Part shown: in pieces, positions 40,018-54,549 of the stretch
Numbering within the stretch: position 1 is the first letter of the stretch
How the letters are laid out: the number at the start of each line of letters is the position of its first letter
Origin: Vicugna vicugna
Lineage: Eukaryota
DNA length: 64,000 bases
Assembly (NCBI GenBank): GCA_013265495.1
Contig: MU061560.1
Location: 744,001 to 808,000 of the forward strand
Reading direction: 5' to 3'
The notes under the pieces: generated by a model
The model's input: the letters and a program-made list of their open reading frames with translations, nothing else
Database searches by the model: none
Told to the model about the DNA's origin: nothing
Program-made: the position numbers and the translations under genes

Positions 40018-40282
40018 ATAGTGTATCCGTAATACAGGGACAAATATGTATTAAGTGGGGTAAGTGCTACCTAAAGGGCTCAATGTTTATGACTGTTATG
40101 TGCGAGTAACTGAGAATTGAGAACGGCACCAAAGTAGAATAAAATGAAGTTTCAATTCACTTTAACTTAAATCCAAACCAACAACAATAAAATTATTGAA
40201 TATTTATTTTATGTTAAACAAGCTGAAAGGCAGAAACATAAAGATGTAAAATTGAGGACTCATGTGCAAAGAAGCAACAGTC

Positions 40283-40450
40283 TGGGGAAGGGTATAGCTC
40301 AAGTGGTAGAGCACGTACTTAGCATGCACGAGGTCCTGGGTTCGATCCCCGGGACCTCCTCTAAGAATAAATAAATACACCTAATTACCTACCCCCACCA
40401 AAAAAAAAAAAAGAAAAAAGAAAAAAAAAAAAGAAAAAAGAAAAAAAAAG
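40283..40450 (+). mobile_element. tRNA-derived SINE (vic-1-like) with long A-rich tail
   Basis: Intact A/B boxes. TSD aagaagcaacagtct on both sides. Confidence 0.9.
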
Positions 40451-41154
40451 AAGAAGCAACAGTCTGGAAAGAGAGAAACATATAATCAAATAATTATGAT
40501 GAAGGCTTGTAGGCATAGGGACAAGAAAAAACACTTCAAGGTAGAGTGACACCACTTCATGGAAAACAGGGATCAGATTGACCATCTGGACAGGCCAGTG
40601 AAGGCTCCTTGGGGCTGGTGACATCTGGGCTCAGAAGCAGACAGTTAGGCATCACATGCAGGGAATTCCAGAGAGCTTTGTTTATGGGGTTAATGGTGAG
40701 ATGCCAGCTAAGAAAGCAGAAATAAGAGAAGTAAATTGCTGTGTTAAATTTTAGTGACAGGTCAACACGTAATGGACTAGCACAGAGATTCAATTTAATC
40801 TATCTGGGATGGCTTCTGGGATGGCTTCTGAGCCTGGATTTTGAAAAATCTCCCCAGGTGACATGCATACCCCCTGTGCTAAAATAATCCGAGGTACCCA
40901 CTTCTCAGGATGCTCTTGCTCAGGGTTTGCCAAGCCAGTGTCCTACAGAAGGCTGCCCCTCAGGGTGCTAATAGCAGGGTAAGGTAGTTCTGTGTTCGCA
41001 TAATTTTGGAAAATGCTAATTCACTTAATCTAGTCTCTTTACACAAGAGACTTAAAGCAACTTATGAATCTCGAGGGGAGGATGTAGTGTGTAGCAGTTT
41101 TGTACAGATTTTCAAAAATTTTGTCTTTCTAAGCATTTCATTGTGTGTCTATAT

Positions 41155-41716
41155 GTTGTAAAGGAGGGGAAAAAACCTTTCCTCTGCATCTCTGGGCTTG
41201 TCGGCTGGTCTAAGAATTAAATTTGACATGAGGCAGATTAACAGGAGAAAATCAAATTTAATTGTGTACGTATGAGGGTTCCCTAAGACTAGGAGTTCCA
41301 AGGACGATTTAGGCAGTTGAAACTCATATGCCATCTGAGGGAAGGAGAAGGGGGTAGGCACTCATGTCTTCAAAGGGAAGGAAGGCAATTTCCAGGAAGA
41401 TGAAAAAGAGCAAATGTTTGGTAGACAAATATTTGCTTGGCCCTGCGGAGACAATGGGACACAGAGAACTTAGATCAAACAGGCCTTGCTAAGTTTCCCC
41501 AGCCTAACACATCCAGTTCAAATTAGTCTCTAGTTATCTGTGGTGACAGGTTTTTCTTTTTCTTGGAACAGATAATTTATCTAATTTTTTTTAGACAGTT
41601 AAGGTAAGGAGGTAAAAGCTCTTTATAAGCCTTCGCTTTTTGAAAACAATCAACCCCAAACTCACTATCAAGCTCAAGAAACACATCTTGGGGTGGCAAA
41701 CTTTGTTCCCCTCCAG
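41155..41716 (-). mobile_element. ERV1-type solo LTR, family B
   Basis: Shares ggctggtctaagaattaaatttgacatgaggcagattaacagg and the terminal ggggtggcaaactttgttcccc with 57862-59454. Confidence 0.75.
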
Positions 41717-41863
41717 CGTCTTTGTGTAGGTTTGTGTATATCTATGTCTTTATGTGTGTGCATGCATGCCTGCCTCTGTGAATTTGTCTCCCCATTTATT
41801 GAGTGGTGTGTTTGTGTGTGTGCGCACGTGCGCGCATGCTTGCATGTACATGGGCGTGTCTAG

Positions 41864-42572
41864 ATGTTGTAGGGGAAGAAAAATATTTTTCCCTGCACCC
41901 TCCTAGGTTCAAGGATTTGGAGCCCTTGAATTAAAGTGGTAAAAGACAGATGATCAAGAGAAAAATCAATTTTAATGACTGACATTTGCACAGGAGTTTG
42001 CAAAATAAAAATGTGGCTCCAGGAAGCAGCTGGATGATTTAAGCTTATCTACTATCTAAGACTGGAAACAAAGGGGGTTTCTGCGCTTCTGAGTGGGGAA
42101 GGCACGATGGGAAGGTGAGAGGAGGAGATGTTTGGTAAATAAGGGTTGCCTTGTTATTCAGATGAGTCTCCCAGGTGATGAGTTGTCTCCAGACATGGCT
42201 TTCTTCCTGGAAAAGAGACATCTTTACAAGTGTAAATTTCCTCTATAAATATAAATATCCTTTTAAAAAAATTCCTTTTTGGCTTTTTTGGGGGGAGAGG
42301 TCATTAGCTTTATTTTTATTTATTTATTTATTTAATGGACGTACTGGGGATTGAACCCAGGACCTTGTACATGCTAGGCAGACACTCTACCACTGAGCTA
42401 TACCCTCCCCCTAAAAGTCCTTTGTAAAAGAGAAAATTTATGCTCTATCTTTAGTCAGTTAGGGGAAGGTAAAGAGCTTTTCTTGCACCTGCTGGTTCTC
42501 AGTGACCTTTAACTCAAAGCAATCGCTATTTCAAAGAGACATTTTGGAGTGGCATATCCTGGTATCTTTCAA
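41864..42572 (-). mobile_element. LTR related to family B, with an antisense vic-1-like SINE at ~42275-42412
   Basis: tgttgtaggggaagaaaaatatttttccc...gagacattttggagtggcatatcc. The SINE B box ggggattgaaccc lies inside. Confidence 0.7.
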
Positions 42573-45339
42573 TGAGTTTCTGTTTATCCTTGGATGGTGT
42601 CTGAATGTATAGATGGAGAGGGCCAAACTGGGAATAAAGGTGTAGAAAAAGGAAAGCAGGTGTCACCATGAATATGAGAAGTTTCAAAAGAGTATTGTAA
42701 AAAGTGAGATCATACTGAGTAAAACTGAGTTACGTGTTCAGTATGTTTTGATTTCAAATGCATAATGAATTAGAGATAATTCACTCATTTCATCAATTAC
42801 TGTCTGGAATAATATTTTTATTTCTAAAACTAAACTCTGTTTAAGTATAATAAAGTAATCGGGTCAAAAATAGTTCAATTAACTTCTCTGAATATATATT
42901 CAACAAATATTTATTGAATGTCTACTGTTTCTTAGGCATAGTTAGATTTGGATGTATTGTAATAAACAAGATGAATTTCTTACTGCCATGAAGCTCACTT
43001 TTTTAGGGGGTGAAAGATACAGTAATCCAATAATTATATAAACAAATAAAATGTGTGAGATAATAAATACAGATTGTTATTTTAAGTTGCTAAATTTTGG
43101 AATCATTTGTTAGGCAGCATTGGATAGCTATTACATATCTGGATGTCTAGGAGTGGAGTGCTATCATAACAAAACTTAAAGAAAGGTGGGAATGGCTCTG
43201 AGCTCGGGCAGTGGGCAGAAGCTGGAAGAATTCTGAGGAGAGTGTAAGTGACAGCCTGAGGTGTCTTGAAGAGACTGCTAGTGAAGGACTGCTGGCCTTG
43301 CAGGAGGCTGCCAGGGAGGGCTTAAAGGAAACTGGGGGAAATGTTTTTGAAACTAGGTAAAAAGGGATCCCTGTGTAGTGGCAGAAAGTATAGCAACATT
43401 GTCTCCAGAGGTAATGTAGAAAGTAGGATATATACCTAATGAACTGGGTCATCTAGGTAAGGAGATTTCCAGGCGAAGTGTTGAAGGTGCTTCTTTATAA
43501 AAGGTAGGGAGGTAGGGAGAGAGAGAAAGAGAGAGAGAATGAGTGACCTGCTATGATCCACGGATCTTGGTGAGGGACTGGGCCAAAAGGCATAACCTTG
43601 GCCCTGGCCCTCCTGGGTTTCGAGGGAGACATAACTGGGGAGACTTCATGCTTAACAGGTGCTTCTTCATTTGTCTACGAGTGGAAGAGAGGTGTGGTGG
43701 TAAGTCTGCCATCATTCGGTAAATAGAACCTGACACTCATCAATCCCTTAGAAGCTTCAGGAATATCAAGGCAAAGATCTGTAAACATGAAGTGTGTGTA
43801 TGTGCGCAATAAAGACCATTTCTCAGTGATCTAATAAATTTAAGTTTGTGGTTTTCCAGGTTTTAATACAAGTTTTTGGGTTTATGTAAATTTGAAACAG
43901 ACAAATGAGTCTATCCTCAGCCCACATTGACAGAATGGATTTTGCTGGATGTAGTAGTGCTCTGCTTATAAATAAGCTAACTTTTGTAATATTTGTGATA
44001 TTGAATTTCATTGTGTTCTTTGTGTTTGGGAAATACTTACAGCTGCAGAATGAACTATGTTGTGTAGAGCTTTATATATGCACTATTTATAGTGGCCAAG
44101 TTCAGATCATGGTCGTTAGCTCAAATATATTACTTTCTGGTTATTACACATGATGAAGACATTGAAACTATTCTCTTCCCCACCTGCTGGGGCACTAAAG
44201 TCACCTTGACGGTTTATAACAGTCCCCCTTGATGTTAACTGGGGTTCCAATTTAATGTGCTTTTGGGATCACGGATTATCACAAGAGATGTTAGGGAACA
44301 AAACACCAATCTAAGCGTGATAGCTTTTCCCTTTCTGTAGCCTGTTGCTTCTGGTATTGAAAAGAGATTTTCTCAGGACTTTTTCTCCATACTCTGTATT
44401 CTATGCTCTAAGCCTAAGTTATGTTTATCACGATACACACGGGAAATTATAAAATAACAACCATAGACTAGATTGTTGTAACTCCCTTAACAAAGCAGAG
44501 AGTCTTTATTTCTAAGCCATAAGTAAGTTGAATGCCTCCACTTTTTCCTCGGGCTCACATGAAAAGGCTGAATCAACAAGCAAGTCATTGACCCCATTGT
44601 GACAATGAGTGTGTGAGGGCCCTGCCAGCTCTGTTTCGCCTATGAGCGCTGTCTCTCTAATTGCCTTTTGTAGGAGGTTAGGGGTTGAAAGTTGTTCACA
44701 CTAAGGTTAATACATGAAAAAACTTCCTGAACTGAAGAATTCACATGAGCAGGAGATTAATATGCAGCTTTATTTTTATTCAGGTCATTGGTGTCTTGGA
44801 AATCAATGCGGAAATTATGCAAGAAGAAATTAGTCCTCAGCAGGGACTTTGTGAAAAGGTTGTGCCATATCGAACAGCATAGGTAACAGATGCTGCATAA
44901 ATTTAAGATGAAATTGAGGCTTGGATCTCACTGGGGAATGGAAATACCTGGATGACAGAATGATAAGTGAATGCATTAAGGATTTTAAATACTTCATTTT
45001 TAACCAAGGGCAGTAAGCGAGATAATCATGTCTTCTCAACTGCTATTGGCTGCCTTTGATAACATTATTTCCTAATAATGATTTTACACGGAAGATAAGT
45101 GTGTTTTCCAGTCAGCATCCATTCTGATATATGAGCATCAAGTCAAAATGGAAAAAGTAATAAACAAATTAAATGGCAAAATACCTCTATCCCTGCCAGT
45201 AGCTGGGATCTCTAGTCAAAGTTGCAGTTCTCTTGTATGTCCTACTTAATTTAGAATTTTGATGAAGTACTCTAGTCTCATAGTTCCTATTGCTAAAATT
45301 AATGTTTGTTATGTTATGGAAATCTGCATATACTCTTAA

Positions 45340-45702
45340 ATATAAATAGTTCCCTCTAAATTTCATATGTTGAAGTCCTAACTCCAGTACCTCAGAATGT
45401 GACTATTTTTAAAGATGGGGTCTTTAAAGTAGTAGAACGAGGTCATTAAGGTGGACTCTTATCCAACATGTTGATGTCCTTATAAGAAGAGTTTAGGACA
45501 CAGACACGCACAGAGGAAAGATGTGAAGATACAGGGAGAAGACAGCCATCTGCAAGCCAAAGAGACAGGCATTAGAAGAAGCAACCCTGCCAACACCTTG
45601 ATTTTGAACTTCCAGCCTCCAGAACTGTGTGGAAGTAAATTTCTATTACTTTAAGCCACACAGTTTGTGGTTCTGGCTATGGTAGCCATGCCAAACTAAT
45701 AC
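45340..45702 (+). mobile_element. MaLR MLT1-type LTR
   Basis: gtacctcagaatgtgact...aacttccagcctccagaactgtg...caaactaataca. Confidence 0.8.
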
Positions 45703-46311
45703 AAGGTCTCAAATGGCTGTTTTGAGAAAGAATGGGAGAGTCTAGAAAAACTGATATTTACTGCTTCTGGAGAAATATCCCTTTTCCTTTTTGTAGGGGT
45801 TGAGCATGAGGGATAGCTGAGAGCAGAGTTCTCCACTTTTAGTGGACAATGTCATGATCTATGACCTGTCATTCTCCTTATTCAGGAGATGATTGGGCAA
45901 AAATAAGATAAGAAATATCAACATATTCTGAAACGAAAGAATGTCCATGATACATTTCATTACAAGTATAAAGAAAAAAAATTACAGAGCAATAGTATAG
46001 GATGATTCCATTTATACGTAAGCCTAAATTCCTTCTAATGCCTACGTCCAGATACTGAAAAAAATACCCCCAATTAAGCATGGTGGGTGAGGGTGATGTT
46101 AAAGGGGAAGGTCTTATCTGTTGAATAAAGTCAAACATGTACTTCTGAAGTTAAAATTGTCTTGAAAAAAAAATGCTTGAATTTTTCTTGTTTTAACCTG
46201 GTCTTTAGGGAATTTAAAGCATTAATTTAAAAAATGGCTTATTAAAATGAGAAATCCATGGTAAGACTTGGCAGACACTTTTACAGTAGTAGAGATGTTA
46301 TGAAAGTTTGA

Positions 46312-46390
46312 AGGGGAGGGTATAGCTCAGTGCTTAGCATGTATAATGTCCTGAGTTCAATCCCCAGTATCTCCATTAAAAAAGTAAAAT
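46312..46390 (+). mobile_element. Short tRNA-derived SINE with internal deletion
   Basis: aggggagggtatagctcagtgcttagcatg...gagttcaatccccagtatctccattaaaaaa. Confidence 0.75.
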
Positions 46391-49300
46391 AAAAGCTTGT
46401 TGAATGTCTTGCTTCTGTCTGAGGTTATTCTTTCTAATATGTGTTTCAGCACTGGGAAGAAATCCAGTGGCAAACCAAGCTCACATTGGTATCTTCTTTA
46501 ACTGATTACTTACTACGAGTTAAATACCATTGCAGGCAATGTTACACAGTGATGAATAAGACAGACAGGGCCCCCGTTGTGGCTTCTATTCTGGTGGTGG
46601 TGCTGGTAGGGAGATACAGAGTATTCAGTCAATACATGAACGTGATTTATCATGATAATGGTGCACAGAATCCCTGTGTAGGAATCACCTAAAACAAACG
46701 GCATTTTCTAGACAGGCAGTAGCAGGATGTGGGACGTATGGTGGTTTCCAAAGTGATATTAGGCAAATTGTTTCCTCTCTAACTCAGTCTTGTTCTGGGA
46801 ACGATTCATTTTCCATTCAATTTAATCTTAAGAGGAACTATTATTGGGACCTTTAGTTCTTTAATTTGTAGCCTGGCTGTGCAAACCGGTTAGAAACTAT
46901 GTTAAATGACAGTAGAAAAACCACAGAGTACTTAATTGTCAATTGGTATGTTTTATTTTATCGTTAATAATCATAACCAGGAGAGATTTTTTAAAAAAGT
47001 ATGTTCATGTCTAATGGAAAGCGATGGACAGCTGAGTCTTGTAATCTTTGGGTTGGCGTAATTTCTATTTTTATGTGTTAGTTGTGGAATCATCCTCACC
47101 TAATCTCACTCACCTATTTATTAATCCATTCATTTACTCTTCCAAGCCACAAGTATTTTTTTCACTTAATGCAGAAATAAAAATTAAAATTCCATTAATT
47201 TTCAATCCTAAGAGCAAACTTTTAATATTCCATGTGATGAAATGGGAAGTAGACATAAAGCACTGTGCTGATTGCTGGAGTGTGACGTTAGCTTGAAGAA
47301 AAGCACTTGAGTTGCAGGCTGACAAGCAACATTTCCCTGAAACCCAGAACTAGGATTGTTTTGACTTGGGTGTTAACATCATTTTCTTGAAAACAGACAA
47401 TGTGAGACCTGTCAGTTCAAGAAAAGTCATTGGTGCTATTTGCCAACCTACAGGTATTCACTGAATTCCTGAACCTGCTCGAGGTTTAGATTTAAGACAG
47501 TGAATTTATAACAAGGCAAAAGAGGCAAAGAAGATTTCTGAGATACATTCTTATTGTAATGGAGTTCCTAAACCAAAGGAATGGGTGTGTAAGAACGCAG
47601 TTTGGACATCCCCTAAGTAAGTGGAGAAGACTGGATCAGTCCTCAAGAAATTTATGCAGAGGAGTCTTCTCTGGTGAGGCGGGGAACTGACCTGCTCTTG
47701 TTTTTTGTACGATGCTGTGATCTAGTGTCTTCCCTTTATTCAGCAATTACTTACTGAGTGATTTCCGAAGACAAGGAACCATATTAGTCCTGAAAGGAAT
47801 GCAAAACTGAATGAAGTTCTGTCCCTTTCCTCAAGTAGTTTATGTCCTAATAAGGAAGCCGGTACATTCACACCGGTGGCATCTGGAAGGGGGCATGTAG
47901 CAACCTCTAGGTCCAGGAATTTTGTGGGAAGAAGTTATAACCATTAAATTATTGAAAGTATTGTGGTGGGGCTTGAAGGCCAGACTGAGGACTTTATATT
48001 TTACTGGATGGGTGGTGGGAATCCATCAGAAGTTTTTGAACAGGGTTAATGGAATCAAAGAGGCATTGGACAGCACTAAATTACTCTTCAGACCACACTG
48101 ATGTGCATGTTCATTTGTTGTTGTTGGTCTTTCCTGTCTAAAATGTGACTTCTAGGAGTAGGGACTTTGTGAGCTTTATTGGTGTCATTGCCAGCATTCA
48201 AAACAACGCCTGGGATCTAGTCAGTTCTCAAGTATTTGTTAACTAGTGAATGAATTAATCCAGAGGGCCTCACACTTTCTCGGTTCATGGTAAAGAAAAA
48301 GAAAAAGAAAAAAGTAATAGTTCCAGTCAGTTTTCAAACAGTGCCTGTTTTTGGTTTTTGTATCACAGTAACCATAGAAAACTCAACTTCACAAAGATGT
48401 GATGTCAATGAAAGGAATGTAATGCGAACTAACGGTGAAACTGAACTACTTTGGGTTAATCGTTAATGCGGTACCCAACACAGATGTCAAGACACGTTTC
48501 TCTTGAAAACTTAACATAGCCTGCAGTAGCCCTGGAAGTATCCTGCAGGGCCCTGCGGTGCGTTGGTGCAAAATTTCAGATTAAAAAAAAATGACATTGA
48601 GTCCCTACTTCCTCACTGTTCTTCTATAGGACATATTTCTATGATCCTACCAAATTTAATGTTTTTAGCCAGGTTTTACTTTTTTCAGGGCTTCAAGCCA
48701 TTGGAAGGTCACAAAGGTGAAACTGATTTGCATAATAAGAATGACAAAGTAAGTGCTCAATTGACCCGTTTACCCTGATAACCATTCCAATATAACTAGA
48801 TCAACATTTTAAATTTGATCTATGATAAAAATGTATGTGGAACATATTCCTATGAGATGTTCCCCCCAAAAAGAAATCAGTATTCAAATAAAGCTTGTGA
48901 AATCTGCAAATCGCAATACTTATCCTCAATAAAAGTGTAGCTGTGATTGTAACTTCTACCATTGATTTAGTAACTTGGAAAAAAGGCTACAGCAACATTA
49001 AATATACACATCAATTGGAAGTCAAATCCTCGATTCCAAAGACATTACATGGTGAACAGTACAAGTTAAAAATGCTCTGAGAAGCCTCACCTTAAAAAAA
49101 ACAAACTTGTTTATTTTCATTTTATGCTGGATAATCCAAAATTACTTGACCACCAATGTATTTCTTTATGTGTCACCTATTCATATATTGTGACTCCAGT
49201 GATCAAGAAATCCTACCTTATCATTTGGCTGTTGTTTAAAAAAGGACCTCAAATATTTGATTCAAAGATAATCAAAAGATGCTTTTAAGAAAACCTTGAA

Positions 49301-49451
49301 TTTTTTTTTCCTGATCAGATTTCCCACTAGGTGGTAGTGTTACAACATCAAAATCCTTCACAATAATGGTCTAGCAGCTCCAATTCAATTCAGCAAGCAT
49401 TTAGTGAGTGCCTGCTGTATATAAGATATTGTCTAATAATATACAGGCTAG

Positions 49452-49917
49452 CATTTGCAGCAACATGGATGGACCTAGAGATCGTCATTCTAAGTGAAGT
49501 AAGCCAGAAAGAGAAAGAAAAATACCATATCACTCATATGTGGAATCTAAAAAAAAAAACAAACCAGAAAAAAAAAATAAAGGATACTATGAGTTTATCA
49601 CAAAACAGAAATAGACTTGCAGACATAGTAAACAATCTTATGGTTACCGGGGAAAAGGGGTGGGAAGGGGTAAATTTGGGAGTTTGAGATTTGCAAATGT
49701 TTGCCACTATATATAAAAATAGATTTTAATAGATTTTTTTCTTCTGTATAGCACAGGGAACTATATTCAATATCTTGTAATAACTTTTAATGAAAAAGAA
49801 TATGAAAACGAATATATGTATGTCTATGCATGACTGGGACATTGTGCTGCACCCCAGAAATTGACACATTGTAACTGACCGTACTTTAATTAAAAAAAAT
49901 ATATATGTATATACATA
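49452..49917 (+). mobile_element. 5'-truncated L1 3' end
   Basis: ORF2 C-terminus MDLEIVILSEVSQKEK plus 3' UTR. Imperfect TSD aatatacaggctag / aatataaaggccag. Confidence 0.88.
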
Positions 49918-51079
49918 AATATAAAGGCCAGTGACTTTTCTGACACAAGGATCCAGGCTTTTTCACTCTCAGGTCAATGCTCTTTCCATTACACACAGCA
50001 TATGTGCTTAGGAAAGCAATTGCCTTGTTTTCTTACCCAAGAGTCTTTGAAGAAGCTATATACTTATAAACTTGTAAAAGAAAATTTTCTAAGGAGATCA
50101 TAAGAGAAGGCAAATCTCTTTATGAGAATGCAAGACAGGCAGCAAAATTCCTGAAATCTATGAGAATTTTTCATGAGTTCCTAGACCCCAGGAAGGTGAG
50201 AGAGATAATTTATTCTAGAAACAGTTCAGCTCAGGAAAACTTACTTAAAGCAGTTCTAACACATAGGATGAAAACATATACTCAAGGTCATAGTATGATC
50301 TATGGCCCGGATAACGGCCTCAAGATTTTGCAACTGCTTGACAGACTGGTGTAATGATACAATAAGAAGTGACCTTAAGGATTAGCTTGTTTGAGGCAGC
50401 CTTTCCTTGAGGTTAAGGAAAAACAAATTATTTGTCAGGATCACAGGAAGATCTCTATCACACACATGCTCAGAGTAAAATCTAATCAGATCTTTAGATT
50501 TTTTAGACCTTATTCTGGCTTTCATCATTTCCAGGACCTTAGATACATATCTTTCAAATTCATGGCTGGTACCTTCTGAGTCTCCCTGCCTATTCAAAGC
50601 TCCCTGTATTATAAGCAGAAATCTATCTGCTTCTTCACAAGACTCCAAGTTCTTCCATCATAGAATGGGACCATCTCAGCATCCCCAGAGCCTGGCAGGG
50701 TGCCTCGCACACCGTCAGCAATCTCATAGGTATGAATACATCTCTTCTGACCCAGCCCCTCATCACCATGTAGTCAGATAGCTATGCCAGTGGACTGGAG
50801 GCAAGGAGGGTAATTTGGTAAAATCTTCAAAGCCCTCCTTCATTTTTGGTAACATCTGTTTTTAACAGTAAATATTTTTGGAAATTGCATTGCTACTTTT
50901 CTTGCCTATTGTATCTGGTTTCTGTATTATATTTACATATAGTTTATGTTACATGGCAAAGTCCTTCCCTACCTTAATATTTACATACATTTTTCTATAT
51001 CTTTTCCTAGCATCAATTATTTTTCATATTGATATTTAAATCTTCAATTGTTCTAGAATTTATTTATTTATTGAAAAAA

Positions 51080-51205
51080 AATTTTTGGGCAGGGAGGTAA
51101 TTAGGTTTATTTGTTTATTTATTTTTAGAGGAGGTATTGGGGATTGAACCCAGGACCTCATGCATGCTAAGCATGTGCTCTACCACTTGAGCTATACCCT
51201 CCCCC
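51080..51205 (-). mobile_element. tRNA-derived SINE (vic-1-like)
   Basis: ggtaattaggtttattt...cttgagctataccctcccc. tagaatttatt / taggatttatt flanks. Confidence 0.87.
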
Positions 51206-52996
51206 TAGGATTTATTTTTGTATAAAGTCAGAGAGTTTTTGATACCACTTACTGACTTACCTATACTTTCCCCACTGATTTAAGGTGTCGCATTTGTCAT
51301 GATTTTTATATATAATACAATAATAATATAATCCATAATTGTATATAAAACATAATAATATAAAAGTAAAAAGATAGATGTATATACAATAGGTACTATA
51401 CAAAACATATTTATGTATATTATATAACATATATAATCTATTTCTATAATTTTATTACATTTTATAGATTTGTCTATTTCCCTGACTTTTTATTGTAGAA
51501 AGGACAGAATATATTACTTTCTTCTTTGCAACAAATGGTAAGCACATCGAATAACTATTGTTAATATTTAACATGGAGGTGATGAGCTAAGTGAATGATA
51601 TACTCAGTCCCAATATTATAACAATTGACGGATGTATGAGGATCTGGATTTTATTGCTGTCAAAGCTGAGGATTATGGGAGACAACCAGGAACTATAGCA
51701 ACAGAATCCCTGAGCTGAGTAGGGATTTGCACGTTTTTCGCATCTACTCCTAACAGATATCTCAGGTAGGTCTTGCTTATGTTTGAGAAGCACAGTCACT
51801 GAGAATTATCTAAATAATACGTTATCTCCTTTCCTAGAGATGTAACCATTAAATATTTAAGTACAGTTGGGAGAAAGATCAGAATAATCCTGAAGAACAA
51901 GGTAACAATTTTCCCACTCTCAAGGTTTTGAAACAGAAAAAAATAAAAATAAAAAAGATGAAGGATGGAAACTAGTATATTGTGTGAGTTTATTATGAGG
52001 ATTAAATGAGATACCAAAAATTTATCCAGTCTTAATTAGATGACTAATACTATTCTGTGCCCTTAAAGTAGTTCTGTGAGATCCTTGTAGGCAAGAAGAG
52101 TACAGAAAAGGAAAAATTGCTCAGATATGGGGCTGATAAGCTTTCATCACATTTGATGAAATAACAACTGGATGGATCCAGCATGAATATTAGATTTACT
52201 TTTTTTTGAAATATGGAATGTTCTTTTCCCTCTGGAATATATGCCTAATGCAACACACTTCACAGGAAAGTTCATAGGCTTGGCTTTGACCGAATAGGTG
52301 AAGTAACATTTTAATTTTTTTTTTTTTTTTGAGGAGGAAGTTCTCATACACCTTTGTTAATTAAGTTCTGTAGTTTAAGTCAAAGTGAAGTTCTTTAACT
52401 TGGAGATATACTGGTGGGTTCTAGCAGGTCCCTTGTTAATGAGATAATTATTAATGGGTTAAGCCAGGATGCATTTGATCTGAGTTTTTGAGGAGGAACT
52501 GTCAGTGGTCTGACCCCTGTAGGTCTGAAGCCCCTAAGTTAGAAAGCATTTTACTGGGTCAGACAGGTTTAGCACCAAGTTGAGAGTTTTGTGCTTCCCT
52601 GGTTTTGCAATTCAAAAGCCACACCTCGGCCAGGGTCAGGGAAGTCGCACCACAAGCATGGGACACGGAACTAACCCTGTGCATTATTTTTTTTGGAAAC
52701 CCAAGAATAGAACACTTAGGTAGTAAGAAATTAAAAACCTTGTGTGCTAGGCTGATGGCATTTATGACCCCCTCCAGCCACATTCTTCTCCATGGAGCTT
52801 TGCAGAGCCTTCCCACTCTGACCCTGCGCTGAGCCATGCTCCTTGCTTTGGCCAGTGGGTAGTCGTGGGGTGACCAGCTGTCCTGGTTCGCCCGGAGCTG
52901 AGGGGGCTTCCTGGGTTAGGGACAGGCCAGGCAAACCAGAATGACTTGGTCACCCTAAGATTTGGCAAAATGACCAAGCAGAGGCTGGAAGGGAGC

Positions 52997-53448
52997 TGTC
53001 AACTGAAAAAAAAAAAAAAAAGTACAACCTAAAAGTAGTGAATTATGTTTTATTTGGAGGACTTTCTGGGGACTTCAAGCCTGGGTGGCGGCCTCTCAGA
53101 TAGCTCTGAGGGACTGCTCCGAAGAGGTAAGGGAGGAGCCAGGATATATAGGCGTTTTTGCAACAAAAACCAAGTAGTTGGGACATCAAAAAATTACTGT
53201 TAATAAAAGAAAACCAGACACCTCAAGTTAATGGATTTAACATTTTTCTGTGTATGGGAAGATGCAAGAGTCTGGGCTCACTGAATCATTCCTTTGCCAT
53301 GCACCTTAGCCATGAAGGGCCAGTATCCTGTTTTGTCTCCATCCTGAGTTCCCTCCGGCTCACCACCTGGAGGGCGGTAGTGGCTTATGGCTTGAAGGCT
53401 GAAGCATCCTTTGTTTGCTGATATGACAGGAAGCATGTTTCATTCACA
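52997..53448 (-). mobile_element. ERV1-type solo LTR
   Basis: TG...CA termini, perfect 4-bp TSD gagc, antisense poly(A) signal (tttatt) and TATA-like element. Confidence 0.8.
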
Positions 53449-54549
53449 GAGCCTTCATTTGCCACTCTTGCCTCATTTTGAGAAGGATGCTCAAGTTAGC
53501 CTGCTGGATGACGAGAGACACCGGAAGCAGAGCTGCGTTCTCCCAGCTGAGGGTTCCACTGACGGCTGGTCCTTGGCAGCCCACGCTTCCACGCACGAGC
53601 TCAGCCCTGCAGCTCCCATCCAGACAGACCTGCTCAAATCCACACTCTGAGCTAAATACGTCCGTTGTTGAATGCCGCTGTGGTTGCTGTAGAGCGTTCT
53701 TGTGCTGTAGGTAAGTGATGCATCTAATCCGACTCATCCAACATATACATTTTTTAGATTTACTGCCAAATTAGGGGAAGAAGAACAGAACAACCCTTAA
53801 TCTGTAAAATCTGACATATATGTTTTCTTTTGCATTTTTTAAATTGAAGTATAGTCAGTTTACAGTGTTGTATCAATTTCTGATGTACAGCATAACGTTT
53901 CAGTCACGTGTACATACATATATTTGTTTCATGTTCTTTTTCATTATAGGTGACTACAAGATATTGAATATAGTGACTCATATGTTTTTGTGTTTAAATT
54001 TTTTTTATAATTTAGATATCATGATTGTCATATCCCCAGATGACTGAATTGATGATTTTCTCAAGATACGGTTGGAGGGTCAGAGATGTAACTGAGCAGA
54101 GTTCGGTGCACAGAGATGTGGTGGGCATTTCCCAGTGCAATCTGTGCTGGCTGTTTCATAGTGGTTGGTGGTTCTGAGTGAATGGCTCCCTGTTGTTCTG
54201 GGTAAAGAATCCTGGTTCTTCTGCTTCTTTACCTTCTCACATGCGTCTCTTCATGATTTGAAGACGTGTTTCAGTTTTCCAGAAATTTGTCCATTTCAGT
54301 TTTTACCAGGGCATCTGTTTGAAGTGTCCATTATCATTTATTTTCTCATGAAAAACAGAACTTTGTAGTTGAAAGGATCTACACAAATAATTATTCCCTC
54401 ACTTTTCTGAGGGAAAAATTGAGATTTCCAAAAGTTAAAATTACTTCCCCCCAGACCACTCAGCAAATTAATTGCAGGAGTCAGATTGGAGCTTGCGGAC
54501 ACTGACTGTTAGTCTAAATGTGTTTTAATCACCTCAAGAACATTTCCTC

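Noticed and set aside
40283..40360. tRNA-Ala(AGC)-like sequences (also at 5023, 24692, 33720, 63227 and others)
   Set aside because: Each has the shared SINE tail and usually a TSD, with mutated stems, so they are SINE heads rather than tRNA genes.
44595..44607. Palindrome CATTGT-G-ACAATG (paired SOX-like sites)
   Set aside because: A 6-bp-arm palindrome is expected by chance in 64 kb and cannot be supported without conservation data.
51300..51470. Very AT-rich TA-like tract
   Set aside because: Low-complexity sequence with no defined structure.
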